64,000 nucleotides of DNA from Octopus sinensis (taxonomy: Eukaryota): the NCBI RefSeq assembly GCF_006345805.1, contig NC_042999.1, positions 107,818,001-107,882,000 of the forward strand, in the 5' to 3' direction. The notes under the pieces were generated by a model that ran no database searches, was not told the origin of the DNA, and saw nothing but the letters and a program-made list of their open reading frames with translations. The number at the start of each line of letters is the position of its first letter. Position 1 is the first letter of the stretch. This document shows, in pieces, positions 49,413 to 63,040 of the stretch. The translations under genes were made by a program, and so were the position numbers.

Positions 49413-50328
49413 GTAATATTACTATGCTAGTTACTGAATGTAGTACTTTCTTGTACTACCTGAGTAACTACATAGATGACTAGCAGTTACTCTACACTAG
49501 TGGATGTTTTCAACCTTTCAAAAACTATCCCTGATCATTCAACTACTTTCCTTGCCTTCTTAGCCCTAATTACGTTTTCAAATATATTTCTGCCATCTTT
49601 AATAACTGGTCTCTCTGTTGGGTCTTCATAGAGTAGTCCTCCATTCTCTCATACTGCTTCCTCACTCGGCAACCTCTCATTTGCAACATTTCCAAACCTC
49701 TTCTCAATATCAGTGACACTAAGTGCACTGCTGTCACTCCATACACCCTTTTACCTCAACAATCTCTTGATTCATACTGACACACATTTTTGCAATATGG
49801 AATAGCTCGTGCTCTGAACCTTTCATTAGCAAACCCTTACTTTATTTCTCTAACCCTTACTCTGTCATCTAGCTTCTCGTTTAGATATCTGCTATTGTTT
49901 CCCATTCCTCTTTTTCTTTCAATCTTTCCAAGCCTGACTCTTGGCTTTTATGGTTCTATCAGCTATGCTATTTTGCAAAATAACTGCCTTGCTGCAAATA
50001 TTTCAATATGTGTAGTGAAAGGTCTATTTTAATATGCTAAACAGATTTAAGTTTAGATATTTAAAATATCAATTCTCTGATAAAGGCAATATTTTTTTGC
50101 TTTCATCATTGGATATTTTTTTTTAATAAATACTTTACACATAGAATATTTCTTGCTGTTCTGAGAAGTTTCATTTCAGCATTGATGTTATCATGTTTGT
50201 CATGTGAGTTGATTTTGAATTATATTCATGTTAATTGTTCTGAGTTCTTCCTGTAGAGTTTTTTTTTTTTAACAATCTAAAATTTGATTGAATACAGAAG
50301 TTATTTGTTTCTTCTGTTAACTTTACAG

Positions 50329-50427
50329 CTTCGTTTCATATATAGTTAAATATTTTGAATTATATTCAGTCTGGTTGCCAGTGTGTGGACACCTTCTAGA
50401 AATGGAGTTGCATAATTTAGCTCAAAT
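50329..50427 (+). CDS. Candidate internal exon (FVSYIVKYFELYSVWLPVCGHLLEMELHNLAQ)
   Basis: TTTCTTCTGTTAACTTTACAG acceptor, AAT|GTATGC donor; unidentified. Confidence 0.2.
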
Positions 50428-50619
50428 GTATGCTGCTATTGGAAATGCATGTGTTAAGATAAATTTAACTGCCTGGCTGAAAGCACTTTGATAGTATAAT
50501 AAATGATCTATTTTAATGTGCTACTTAGATATAAACTTGGATGTGTAAAATATCAATACACTGGCAGAGGCAAACTGACTTCTTTGTAAATCATGAAATA
50601 ACACACACAAACACACACA

Positions 50620-50844
50620 TGTATGTATGCATGCATGCATGCATGTATGTATGTATGTGTATATATATATATATATATATATAAAATGTATATATATGTA
50701 TATCTATAATGTATATATATATATAATGTATATATATGTATATATATATGTATATATATAATGTATATATATGTATATATATAATGTATATATATGTATA
50801 TGTATATGTATATATGTATATGTATATATGTATGTATATATGTG

Positions 50845-50875
<31 letters not shown>

Positions 50876-50896
50876 GTATGTACGTGTATGTATGTG

Positions 50897-50947
<51 letters not shown>

Positions 50948-51232
50948 ATGTATGTATATATATGTGTATGTATGTATGTATATATATGTGTATGTATGTA
51001 TGTATATATATGTGTATGTATGTATGTATATATATGTGTATGTATATATATATGTATGTATATGTATATATTTATGTATGTATATAGATGTATGTATATG
51101 TATATATTTATGTATGTATATAGATGTATGTATATAGATGTATGTATATAGATGTATGTATATGTATATATTTATGTATGTATATATATATGTACATATA
51201 TTTATATGTGTAAATAGAGATATGCATGTATG

Positions 51233-51281
<49 letters not shown>
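50620..51281. repeat. Compound (TA)n/(TATG)n/(TG)n microsatellite
   Basis: Direct inspection. Confidence 0.95.
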
Positions 51282-51282
<1 letters not shown>

Positions 51283-53238
51283 AACTCCAAAACAACATGA
51301 TGTCTATCATCAATAGTCAGCAAAGAGCTGAAGAGGCCTGGGCCATTGAGAAGATCAAACTCAATCCCAAAGTGTTCTTTTCATTTGCAAAAAAACACAG
51401 TCACTGGTTCTACTGTTGGCCTTCTTATTGATGAAAACGGTACTCTTCAAGACAATGCCAAAACCATGGAAGAGATATTGCAGAAACAATATTGCTCTGT
51501 TTTCAGCATTCCTGACATGATTGATCTGGGCTGTATCAGTGATGTTACTCCCCAATACACTTTATCGGACATAACCTTTGGCGCTCCTGATGTCTTAGCA
51601 GTAATAAAGGAAATGAAGCATCATTCAGCAGTAGGTCCCGATAGGTTCCCTGCTTGTGTCCTGAAGATGTGTCAAAACCAACTTGCACCCCCTCTAGCCA
51701 ATCTGTGGCGGAACTCACTGGATGCTGGATATATACCAGAAGACCTTCTATCCCAGGCTGTTGTCCCAGTTTTGAAAAAAGGAAACAAATCGCTTGCCGT
51801 GAATTACCGTCCAATCTCACTCACCTCTCATATCATTAAGGTATTTGAGAGAGTGCTGAGATCGCGTATGACTCACTTCCTTGAGAGTCATAATATGCTG
51901 AACTCCAACCAGCATGGATTCCGTAATGGGAGAGATTGCCTGACGCAGCTGCTGCACCATTTTGATGACATTTTGAGAGCCTTGGGAGAGGGTTCCAACA
52001 CTGATGTCATCTACCTTGATTTCAGCATGGCCTTTGACAGGGTTGATCATAAGATCCTTCTGAGAAAGCTGTCCAATATTGGTGTCACTGGAAAGCTGCT
52101 GCAGTGAATCAAGTGCTTCCTGTCTAACAGAACCCAACATGTTGTAGTCGAAGGAGTCAAATCCAGCCCATCCAAAGTCAGCAGTGGTGTCCCACAAGGC
52201 ACTGTGTTGGGCCCACTCCTCTTCATCATCTACATAAATGATATTACTGACACCATCAAACACAGTAACATCAGAACCTTCGCTGATGATTCCAAGCTCC
52301 AGAAGGTCATCAATGGCGTGGATGACCGAATAAGCCTTCAGTCAGACCTACTGGCTGTTGTCCAATGGGCGGAAAAGAATAACATGCTGCTAAACGAAGA
52401 CAAATTCAAACTAATCCACTTTGGAAGGGAGGATGCTCTGAAACTCCCATACTCCCTTCCTTCTGGAGAAATTCTCATGGCGTCCAACAACATCAGAGAC
52501 TTGAGAGTAACAGTGGACAACAACATAAGCTGGGCTACACATATAAGCAGCAAAGTTGACATGGCTCGCAGAATGTGTTCCTGGATTCTCAGAACCTTCC
52601 AGTCGAGAGATTCCCACACTATTATCCTTCTCTTCTCCACTTTTGCCCAACCCCACCTTGAATACTGCTGTCCACTGTGGTCTCCCTACACAAAACAAAA
52701 TATTATGAGAATTGAAGCTCCCCAAAGGTCAATCACAAAAAAGATAGATGGCATGTCAGACCTTGACTACTGGGGTAGACTAGAGAAGCTGAAACTGTAT
52801 TCACTCCAACGACGCCGTGAACGCTACATTATCTGTATGATGTGGAAAATATTCCATCAGCACTGTCCGAATGATGTTGGCATCACCTTCAAAATACATC
52901 CAAGGCTTGGACCACGTGCCATCCATCCACAACAAAAATCTAAATCGCATCACATAACGACAATACGGCACAACTATTTCACCTCAATTGGACCCGCTCT
53001 CTTCAACTTTATACCAGGACACATCAAAAAAGAAACTGACCACACAAAATTCAAGAAGTCTTTGGACAAATTCCTTCAAACAGTCCCGGACAAACCACCC
53101 ACACCCGGATATGTCTCTGCAAACAATAACTCTCTGCTCGAATGGGCCTTGGTGCCCAAATCCTGAATTGAAAGACTTCGCCAGGTGGTGCTATTAAGTT
53201 AGACATGGCCTGGACCAATACTGGCCAAAACCTTTCTA
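51282..53238 (+). mobile_element. 5'-truncated CR1-like LINE (RT region), one frameshift and one premature stop
   Basis: KVFFSFAKK, NYRPISLTS, QHGFR, YLDFSMAFDRVDH, GVPQGTVLGPLLF, FADDSKL and LEYCCPLWSP motifs. ORFs 51346..52107 and 52204..53166 share a frame, separated by a TGA. The frameshift lies at the A-run near 51390. Inserted between (TA)n tracts. Confidence 0.92.
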
Positions 53239-55689
53239 AGTTATATATATATATATATACATACATACATATGTAGTCAGAGAGAACGTTTTTAGAAGCA
53301 AATTTTAATATTTGTGTTTTCAAAAGTGTCAGACTAGTTATTATTGTTTTATATAAAAATAAACATTGAATAAAGAATGATTTTTATGCAAAATGTATAA
53401 TCAAATATTTATTATAAAAAAATTCAACAGTTACTTGGAAGTTTCATCAGAAGTTGGTCAATTAAACTATAGTGATATTGAAAAACCTACATTTGTTGAA
53501 ACATCAAAGCATCAACCCTTTTTTAATTTGCATTTACAGATTTTGAATTATGGTTTGTGAATATGATATAATAGTTTTGAGTTCTTTCTGTAAAATTTCT
53601 GTATGGTCTTTTTCCTTAGATATCTTATCAAAATCTTTGAGGAAGACAAATTGCTAATAGATTTATAATGGACCCTAACTGTTAATAATTTTTTGGTCTG
53701 CTTGTGGTTCTGCAAATATTTAAAACTTTTCATTACCAATCACTTATTTCATTTTAAGTGGATAAATCTCTCACAATCGTAGGGGAGTTTTTTAAATAGA
53801 ATTTTAAAATGAAACCTATTCTATATTTAATATTCTCTTCAAAAGATTATTAAAATGACTCTTTATGATATCTTCCTACTAAATAACTTGAAATGCCAAA
53901 TATTTTAAAATTTAGAAGTTATTTTCAGTTAATTTTGTTTCATTTATGCCTTTTTGTTCACTTTAGATTTCTCTAAATTTATCGAATATTACCTGCTCAT
54001 GTAATATTTATTATTTGAAATTTTCATCTTGTTCTGAAAATAAAACCTGAATGAAATTCACATCAAACCATTTGTTCTAAAATTGAGAATTGTCTATTCA
54101 CTCTGAAATCATTAAAACACTAAAATCTGTTCCATTTTCTTTTATATGCTTATTTCTGCAGCATGTTTTAGTAATTATATTTCTATATACTTTCCATAAA
54201 ATTAGTGTGAAATGTAAAATGAAGAAGAAATTTACTTAGAATTTGCTGTTGTTACTTCTGTGTAGACATAAATAAAATCTATCTTTCGGCTACCGTGTTG
54301 GAAGATAAGGAACACTGAAATTTTATTGTGTGTGTATTTGATTATGAATATGCTCATGTGCTTGCATAGAAAAAATGTGGATAGGTAGATTTATAAACAT
54401 TAAAAGCTTTTATCTCTCTAGATTAAAAATGAGATACTATCTTCTTGTGCAAGCTGAACAGGTTTTGGGAAAAAATAAGTTTCTCTTTTCTTCTATGGCC
54501 TTGACAGTGTAGTCTAGAGTAACACATTTCAAATAATTTAGTAACATTATGTATTATAACAATTTCAAATTACAGACTTTCATTTAAGTTATTACCAATT
54601 CTTGTGTTGTCTGTGTAATGATGAAATACTGATAAATATATTCTGAAGTAAGTTTTATAGCATACATCTGGTTTAGAAAAGCTGATATTATTAATATTCT
54701 GTTCTTTGCACTTATTACCTTGACAATATAAAAAATATCTTGAATATTTTAATAATTTTGCCTCTGGGCAAAGTTCAATATTCTGTTTGCCTCAATTCAC
54801 TTAACTGACAGTTATTACTACTTCTCTTTGACTGAACAATTTAATTTTAGGAAGTGTGTAAAATGATTCTGAATATGAAAATAGCTAATATTAAAAAGGA
54901 AAAAACAACTCATTACTGCCAGCAAATATATAGATGGTGGAAAACAGCAAAAATAATCATAAATTAAGAAGTAAATACTGAATTACTTCAATCTTGAATC
55001 AAAATTTGCACAATTTCTTCATCAGTCTCGGTATTTAAATGATTGTACTGATGATATTCATTATCCATGAAGAAATTTTCAAATCCTAAACAATTTATTC
55101 AGTAGTGAATTAACCCAAAAATATTTGAATTAATTATTTTATTTCAAAGATTAATTTTCTCTTTTTAAATATTGACCAAGTAAAAAAACAACAACAAAAA
55201 ACAAAAAAAAAACCCCCCAGAAAAATCTGTTATTCTTTGTGTCTTTCACTTTTAAATTAATATTTATCATTATTTATTTATAATATTCACTTGACACTCA
55301 TAGTCCTGGCAGTGATTTTACATAAGGCAAATTTGAGTGGTTAACTGCCAATATTGTATGATTGCACAGGCAGCTTGCCATAAAGTGTCGATAAAGCAAA
55401 GGTTCTTGGTATTGCTTTATTCCAGATATTTAATATAACTTGTTGTGATAAGAGATTCGATCTTCTTGATTGAGACTTGAATGTTTTCTAGAAGAAATAA
55501 ATTAACAGATTTGTACAACATTTGGTACGAGAGAATTACATAGTTTCACCAGTTCTCTTCATAGAATTTCTCATGCATTTGTGTTAATCTTTTGCAACTA
55601 ATCCATCAAAGACTTCCATGGTTTCTATGATACAAAAGCAATTTGTTATAAAATATTGATTTAAAGTTTTGGCTCAAGACAAGCAATTT

Positions 55690-55828
55690 TTGGGGAGAAG
55701 TAAGCTGATTACATTGACCTCAGTGTTCAACTGGTACTTATTTTATCGACCCCAAAAGGATGAAAGGCAAAGTCGATCTCGGTGAATTTGAACTTAGAAT
55801 GTGAAAACAGATGAAATGCTACCATGCT
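55690..55828 (-). mobile_element. Meta-like SINE
   Basis: CTGGTACTTATTTTATCGACCCCAAAAGGATGAAAGGCAAAGTCGA. Confidence 0.7.
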
Positions 55829-56744
55829 GGCATGAAGTGCAGTTTTAATTTGAATTATGTTCATCAACATCATTTTACGTCTGCTTTCTATGCTGGCATG
55901 AGTTGGATGTTTGACAGTCCAATGGGTTGGAAAACTTTGTCTTGCTCCAATGCTTCTGAATTTATTGTTGGAAATATAGCATATTGGGCTTCGTACCTTT
56001 CTACCCCAGAGTCATTTTGATGGCATGTGCTGCTATCTCACACAATAATAATAATATTACTTTCAAATAACAACAATTAAAATAGTGTTACTTTACTTAT
56101 TTGTGCACCGATGATGCACAGATACCAGAACTGTAAACAATCTTCTGAACTAGATAACTCCATTAGAAACAACACAGTAATTAAGATGTGTAAAATAACA
56201 ATAATTAAATCCGATGTGGTAGAAAGAAAAATATTAGTATTTTCTCACAAAATAAGCATACTCCAAGTTTCCTCAAGTTATATTTTTAATAATAACGCAG
56301 AAAGAAAAAAAAAGGTAAGTACATATGAATCCAAACTCAGCAAATTACCTGGATAGATAAAATTAACCCCAGTGGGAAAATCTGAGGAATCTGTTATGAA
56401 TTTGTTGAGTATTTGAAATCTCTAGTGTAAACATATGCAGGACATTCCCAAAAGTATATAAGATAAATATATCTATTTAGAACTAAAATGAATTAGGGAA
56501 ATGATTTTGTATGTTAATAATAATAATAATAATAATGAAATTATTGTATACAGTGCTCAGGTGCACCACAACAAGAGTACTAAATGTCATAGTTGTACAA
56601 CAGTTAAAGATCTATAAGGTATGCATGGTCTGATCTATGTTAAACTGCCTGGACAATGCAATACTCACACAGTACTGCATTTGTCCCATGAACTGAAATC
56701 TCAGAGCATCCTTTAATGCAGATAAGCTGGGAGAATTGTTAACA

Positions 56745-56934
56745 TGATGGGCAAAATGCTTTGTGGTGCTTCACTTGTCTGCATGTTCTGAGTTCAAATT
56801 CTGTTGAGGTCAACTTTGCCTTTCATCATTTTGGGGTCAATAAACTGAGTGCCAGTGAAACACTGTGGTTGATGTAATTGACTAGTCCCCTCCTCCAAAT
56901 TTCAGGACTTGTGCCTGAAAGGATTATTATTATT
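56745..56934 (+). mobile_element. Meta-like SINE (tail B), CpG-decayed, ending in (ATT)n
   Basis: GAGTTCAAATTCTGTTGAGGTCAACTTTGCCTTTCATC..TTCAGGACTTGTGCCTGAAAGGATTATTATTATT. Confidence 0.75.
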
Positions 56935-59900
56935 CATATACACACAGCATAGACTGTTTGAAAAGGAAAAATCCTAATGTCAGATTACAACAAGTAACCT
57001 TAGATGCCAAGAACCTTCCTAAGTGTCCTAGCTATCCCTAATAACATTGTTTTCTGGAGCTGTACTAAACTGGGTTTTATGCCTATTTCTTCTATCAATC
57101 TGTTCAAATCTTTAGAGATAGTCCCCAATGCACCTATAACTACTGGGATACATTTTACCTACACTTACCATAGTCTCTGTAATTCAATGGCTAGGTCCTG
57201 GTACTTTGCTATTTTTTCTATACCTTTCATATTGATTTTTTCATCATTTGGGACTGTAAAGTCAATTATCTGGCACTTTTTATTCCGTTTATCTATGACT
57301 ACTACTAAATCATCCCTTCTAGCTTCTATTACTCTCTCAGTCTGAATTTTAAAGTCTCAAAACATCTTATATTCCTTACTTTCTAATGCTTTACTAGGAT
57401 CATATTCAAAACCACTTTATCATTTTGTTCAAATCCTAGCTTTCTACATAACTCCCAGTGGATTACTCTCCCTAGATTGTCATGTATTTTCTTGTAGTCT
57501 TTCTGAGCTAGCATGCTACATTCACTTACTATATGAGTAAAGCTTTCCTCTTTTGATTTACATAGCCTACATTGGGAATCTACTTGGCTTTTATCCACTT
57601 AGTCCTTAATGTTTAATCTTGTGCTGCTATTAAATTTTCTCTCTCCATTTTCAACCTTCCTTTCTACAACCATAACCATGTCTCACTACTACCATTTGCT
57701 GCAACTATCTTTGGGAATCTACCATGCAAAGCCTTCTCCTACCAGTCAGATAACTTCTGTCCTTTTTTCCAGATTTTAACTTCATTTGGGTTTTTGGTTT
57801 CCCTATGTCTTGCTGTGACTCTAGGAGCTTTTAATAAACTTTCTCTGCTATTACTATATAGGAATCTATATCTACTTTAGCTAACTCTATGCAGTCTTCT
57901 ACTGATATTAACCCTCTTCCACTTATCTTTTTTAGTAATTATAATCCTGCTACTTCTGCCTTTGGGTAGAATCCTCCATTCATATTGAATTCCTTCCTAG
58001 TTCTTCTGTCTAGTTTTGCTAATTTAGTTTTTGTCCAATCTACAAAAGCTGCTGAGTATCTCAGTAATGATTCTGCCCCGGTATTTACAGCCTTGACTAG
58101 ATTTGGACCACATAGCTTTGACTTCATTAGCTTCCTTACTGTTCTGATCTACTCCTTCTCAATTTTCACTTTCATTTCTGTAGTTAGTACTCTGTCAGAT
58201 TCTAATACTCCTAGATACTTATAACTCTCTCTTTTCAATGATTTTAATGTCTGGCCATCTGGTAATTGGATGCCTTCACTGTCGACTACCTGTTCTCTTC
58301 TAACTAATATTGCACAATTATTTATGCTGAATCCTATACATATATCTTTGTTGAAGAATTTTACAGTCTGTATTAAGGAATCTCTCTCTTTTTCACTCTT
58401 ACTAAAAAGCTTCAGATCATCCATGTAGAGCATGTTAATTTTTCTTTACTATTTCCCTGCCTTTGCCTTTCTTAATACTAAACTGAAGGGATCAAACATA
58501 AGACATATTAAAGGAGATAATGATTCTTCTTGGAAAATTCCTCTCTTGATATTAACTTTCCCTAAGACTGTCACCTGAGTAGAGATCTACTTCCCATTTC
58601 TTAATGCTAAAGCTAATTAATTTGCTTATGTTGTCTGCTATACTGAATATACTCAAACATTCACTTATCCATGAGTGTTTTATCATGTCATAGGCTTTCT
58701 TATAATCTATCCATCATATTGTTAGTTTTATCATTCTAAGTTTTACTTCATTTAGAACTTCTTTATCTATGTATAATAGATCATGTGTTCCTGTAGCCTT
58801 CTTCCTGCAACCTTTCTGTTCTTCTGGCAATAAATTCTGGTTGTCAAGGTGCACATAAATGCTTTCTGAAAGCATTCCTATTAACAGCTTCCATAGTAGT
58901 GGTAAGCATGTGATTGGTCAATAATTGCTAGCTGTATTATGCTTGCTTTTGTCTTTCATAAGGTGTATTGTCCTTCCTCCAGTCATCCAATCTAGTATAT
59001 TCCTCCATTAATGCAAGCCTGGAATGTTCCCTCAGCCTCCCATATAAACTACTAAATTTCTTTAGCCAGTACCCTTAAACTAAATCTGATTCTGGGTCCT
59101 TCCAGTTCAGCATTTTTCGTAACACTTTACTCATTAATGCACCAGTTAGTCTTAGATGTGGTTGCTTCTCGCTCACTACTTCTTCCATCACTATTTTTAA
59201 CCACACTGCATTATGATTAACTGGCTTATCCTAAATATTACTCCAGAACTTTCTTGCTTCTTCTGCATTAGGTATCTCATCTTCAGTACTTCATTCTCCA
59301 CTATTTATTTGGTTATAAAATCTCTGGTCTGTCTTAAATAACCTGTTCTGTTGATACTAATCTATTTCAAATCTTTTATGACTGTCCCAAATCCTTTCTC
59401 TTTGACTAAGTATCTTTTCTCAAGAGAAAATTTGCATCTTGTGTTTCCGAAATTATTCAGTTTCTAGGCTTCTATTCTACTCAAATCTTGTCTGTCATTT
59501 GTTTGTAATTTCCTTATCCACATCTGCTCTTTTTTAATCTTTCCTTGTGGAATATCTAATCTAATGACTACTGCCCCTCCTGCATAGATCAATAAATTAG
59601 TGTCTCCTATATTTTTAGTATCTATCCTACTGATAACAGAATCTACTTTCCTAGTCATATCTAGCAGCTTCCTTCTGTTGGTACCTTTTAATGCTAGCAA
59701 TCTTTTTCTTACTTTTTTACTCATTACTTCCTGCAACTCCTCTAAAATCTTCTGATCTTCCTCACTTAAATCATTAAAGTCACTGGTGCTAGTTGTCATC
59801 AGGGTTAGGTACTACATCAGGGCCTGATACTGCATCAGGACCTGGTAGTGCTTCCGGGCCTGGTACTGCTTCAGGGCCTGGCACAGCATCATGCCTGGTA

Positions 59901-59935
59901 CATCACTAAGGCCTGGTACTGATGCATCTTGGTAC
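56935..59935 (-). mobile_element. Degenerate R4/Dong-like non-LTR retrotransposon (RT, CCHC knuckle, restriction-like endonuclease)
   Basis: Minus-strand pieces: WIDYKKAYD, LLYMDDLKL, YKYLGVLE, CRLCKSKEESFTHIVSEC, RRDDLVV..IIDFTVP..EKIAKY..IPVVIGALG. The ORF ends at 57000; there are many stops and frameshifts. Confidence 0.85.
59808..59925 (-). repeat. 18-bp tandem repeat encoding (PGPEAV)-like units in the N-terminal region of the R4-like element
   Basis: GGTACTGCTTCAGGGCCT-type units, ~6 copies; the minus frame reads VPGPEAVPGPEALPGPDAVSGPDVVP. Confidence 0.7.
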
Positions 59936-60063
59936 CAACAACTGAATGAACAGGAGCAATATGAAATAAAGTGTCTTGCTCAAGAATGCAACATGGTCCA
60001 GGAATGAAACTCACAACCACATGATTGTAAGCCCAATGCTCTAACCAGTGTGACATGTGCCCT
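59935..60063 (-). mobile_element. V/CORE-like SINE 5' half
   Basis: GAAATAAAGTGTCTTGCTCAAGAA..GCTCTAACCAGTG. Confidence 0.6.
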
Positions 60064-60199
60064 TACAACAATGACATAATCACTATATATATTTATCTAT
60101 TATGAAGCATCACCTTTCTTACTCATTGTGCCTTGACTAAGGTTCCCTATGAGTCCTAAACCTCACAATCTCTAATGATCTTCTATAGCAATATTACAT

Positions 60200-60660
60200 A
60201 TGTAATATTAACAAACTTAGATGTCTTTTTTAGGACCAAAAATGGTTCAGAATTAATCAGTTACCGACTTTCTACAAAGTTTGAGAGCAATTATTCATTA
60301 GAGCACTGCTCGCATATCTGGGAACAATCCAGATGTTACAAACACACATTCTGGACTGCATAAAGGATAAAGGCTATCCATTCGATGTGTGACGCTTTAC
60401 TTACCAACACATTACAACCACTAACTCACAGATTCAATATTTCAACCATCTTCCTCATCTACAGCCTCTACAATAATCTCTGCTTTTCTGAAGTAAAAAG
60501 CTGCCTACCACTAAATACACTTACCTTTCTTCTTTGCATTTTCTCTACTTCATCTCACCCTACCTAGATCCTGTACTAAGCACTTCAACCATTCCTTCTG
60601 CTTCAGTGCCACAACTTTTCAAAATTTTCTTCTCCTCCCACATTTTTCCTGTTGATGCCA
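60200..60660 (+). mobile_element. Degenerate L2/CR1-group LINE 3' fragment
   Basis: SLEHCSHIW..KAI..LTNTLQPLTHR matches the LEYCSHIW..LQPLSHRR C-terminal RT region. Confidence 0.6.
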
Positions 60661-60714
60661 ATTGAATATTAACCTTGTTGGTTTTACCAGCCATCTCTTC
60701 TGACTAGCAATTCT

Positions 60715-60769
60715 ATCTATCTGTATATATGTGTGTGTGTGTATGTATATATGTACATATATAAATATA

Positions 60770-60810
<41 letters not shown>

Positions 60811-61005
60811 ATGTATATATATATATATATATATATATAAGTAAATATATATGTGTGTGTGTGTCCATGTATAGATATGTGTGTTTGTGTCCGTGTGTAT
60901 ATGTAGGTATATGTGTGTGCATGTATGTATGTGTATGTATATATATATAGCTGAGTATGTGTATATATATATATAGCTGAGTGTGTGTGTATATATATAT
61001 ATATT
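60715..61005. repeat. (TA)n/(TG)n microsatellite
   Basis: Direct inspection. Confidence 0.9.
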
Positions 61006-62113
61006 TATGGTTAGCTAGTACTTGTATGAAAAATTCTTATGGTGTACTGAAGTGAAAAAAAAAAAAAAAAAGATAAAATTACTAAATATGAAGTTGCAAA
61101 ATGACTTTCAGAACATGATGCTTATATTTTTCAATAAAATTTCAATGATCATGATAATATTCTACAACTTCCTAAATTTCTATCAATGAGTGGGAGTGTC
61201 ACCTTTTTTAATATTTTTATTTTCAACATACGGACTTGTTCATTGAATAGCCAGCATGGAATTATGCTTTCTCTTCTTCTATAACTGGTGATATTCAGAA
61301 TGAACTGTTTCATACGCATACGCTAGTTCATACACGCACACACACACACACATGGGTGAGTCTGTGTGTGTATTTGTGTATCTACATTGATTAATATCAT
61401 TCACTGTTGAAGCACTTATTAATTTTATTGAATTCTAATAATTAAGAAAAATAACAATTTCTTTTCATTTGTTTTTATATATATGTATTTATTCAATATA
61501 GTACATTTCATATAAATCTGTTAGAAAAATTTTCATTTTTTTTTTTCTTTATTTTTATGGTTTCTTTTTTTTTTTTAGTATTTCCTTCTCTAAATTATAT
61601 ATTTTTCTTTCTGCTAAAGAATAATGTATATTTATTTCCATATGATTTGTTACTTTAATGAATTAGAATAATGAACTATTGCTTTGATATTTGTCTCATG
61701 AGCAACATTTGAATAATTCTTGCTTTGGCTTTAGTTCATTACAACAGATATCCAGGCTTTTCTGGCCTTAAGAATAAGGGGAAAATATTGTATTTATTAT
61801 GATCAGTGTTTCTCTGATCATATCTAATGTTTGTTTATTCAACTAGAAATCTTTGTAATAATTGTTAATTGCTATTCTCAAACGTCATGAGTTTGAAAAG
61901 TAGTTAAATAAGCTAAAAATCAATGCAAACATTTCAAAAGGCTCTTCTCAATGCTGTCAATTATGTTGCCTTCGAAGTAGATAAGGAATTATGATTGAAA
62001 TATGTGTTATTGTTACTATTAAAGGAAATTACTTTAATCTAAGAGATTTGAAGCAGCAGTCATCAAAAAGTTACATTGCAGTGATTTACTTTGTCTCAAT
62101 CTCTTTTGTACAG

Positions 62114-62197
62114 GAAAAATATGTTAATGATAAACTACATGTTAATGTGAAGGAAAATCTTTTGTCAGATTTCAGGAAATATTCACAATTATTGAGA
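62114..62197 (+). CDS. Candidate exon (EKYVNDKLHVNVKENLLSDFRKYSQLLR)
   Basis: Acceptor TCTCTTTTGTACAG; 84 nt, phase 0-0; weak donor AGA|GTTTGA, or a terminal exon with stop at 62201-62203. Confidence 0.25.
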
Positions 62198-62289
62198 GTT
62201 TGATTTATTATTATGGTTTTAGAAGGGAATACCACATTGAAAAAATATATATATAATTGAAAGAGGTGTGGTATAGTAGCAGTAGATTA

Positions 62290-62341
62290 GTTGTATTTGT
62301 GTGTGTGTGTGAGTGCGTATATATATATGTATGTATATATG

Positions 62342-62384
<43 letters not shown>

Positions 62385-62947
62385 GTATATATGTATGTAT
62401 ATATATATATGTATATATGTATGTATATATATATATATGTATATATGTATGTATGTATGTATGTGTATATATGTATGTATGTATGTGTATATATGTATGT
62501 ATATATATGTGTATGTATGTATATATATATGTGTATGTATGTATATATATATATGTGTATGTATATATATATATGTGTATGTATGTATATATGTATGTAT
62601 GTATATATGTGTATGTATGTATATATGTGTATGTATGTATGTATATATATGTGTATGTATGTATGTATGTATATATATGTGTATATATGTATATATATAT
62701 ATGTGTATATATGTATGTATATATATATATGTGTATATATGTATGTATATATATGTGTATATATGTATGTATATATATGTGTATATATATATATATGTGT
62801 ATATATGTATGTATATATGTATGTATGTGTATATATGTATGTATATATGTATGTATATATATATATGTGTATATATGTATGTATATATGTATGTATGTGT
62901 ATGTATATATATGTATGTATATGTATGTGTATATATGTATATATATA

Positions 62948-63026
<79 letters not shown>

Positions 63027-63040
63027 GTGTGTGTGTATGA
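62290..63040. repeat. Compound (TA)n/(TATG)n/(TG)n microsatellite
   Basis: Direct inspection; explains the Y/I/M/C-rich ORFs. Confidence 0.95.

Noticed and set aside
50591-51431. Long Y/I/M/C/H/T-rich ORFs (also 33244-34595, 60713-60922, 62211-63138)
   Set aside because: Translations of TA/TG/TATG microsatellites, which lack stops in most frames.
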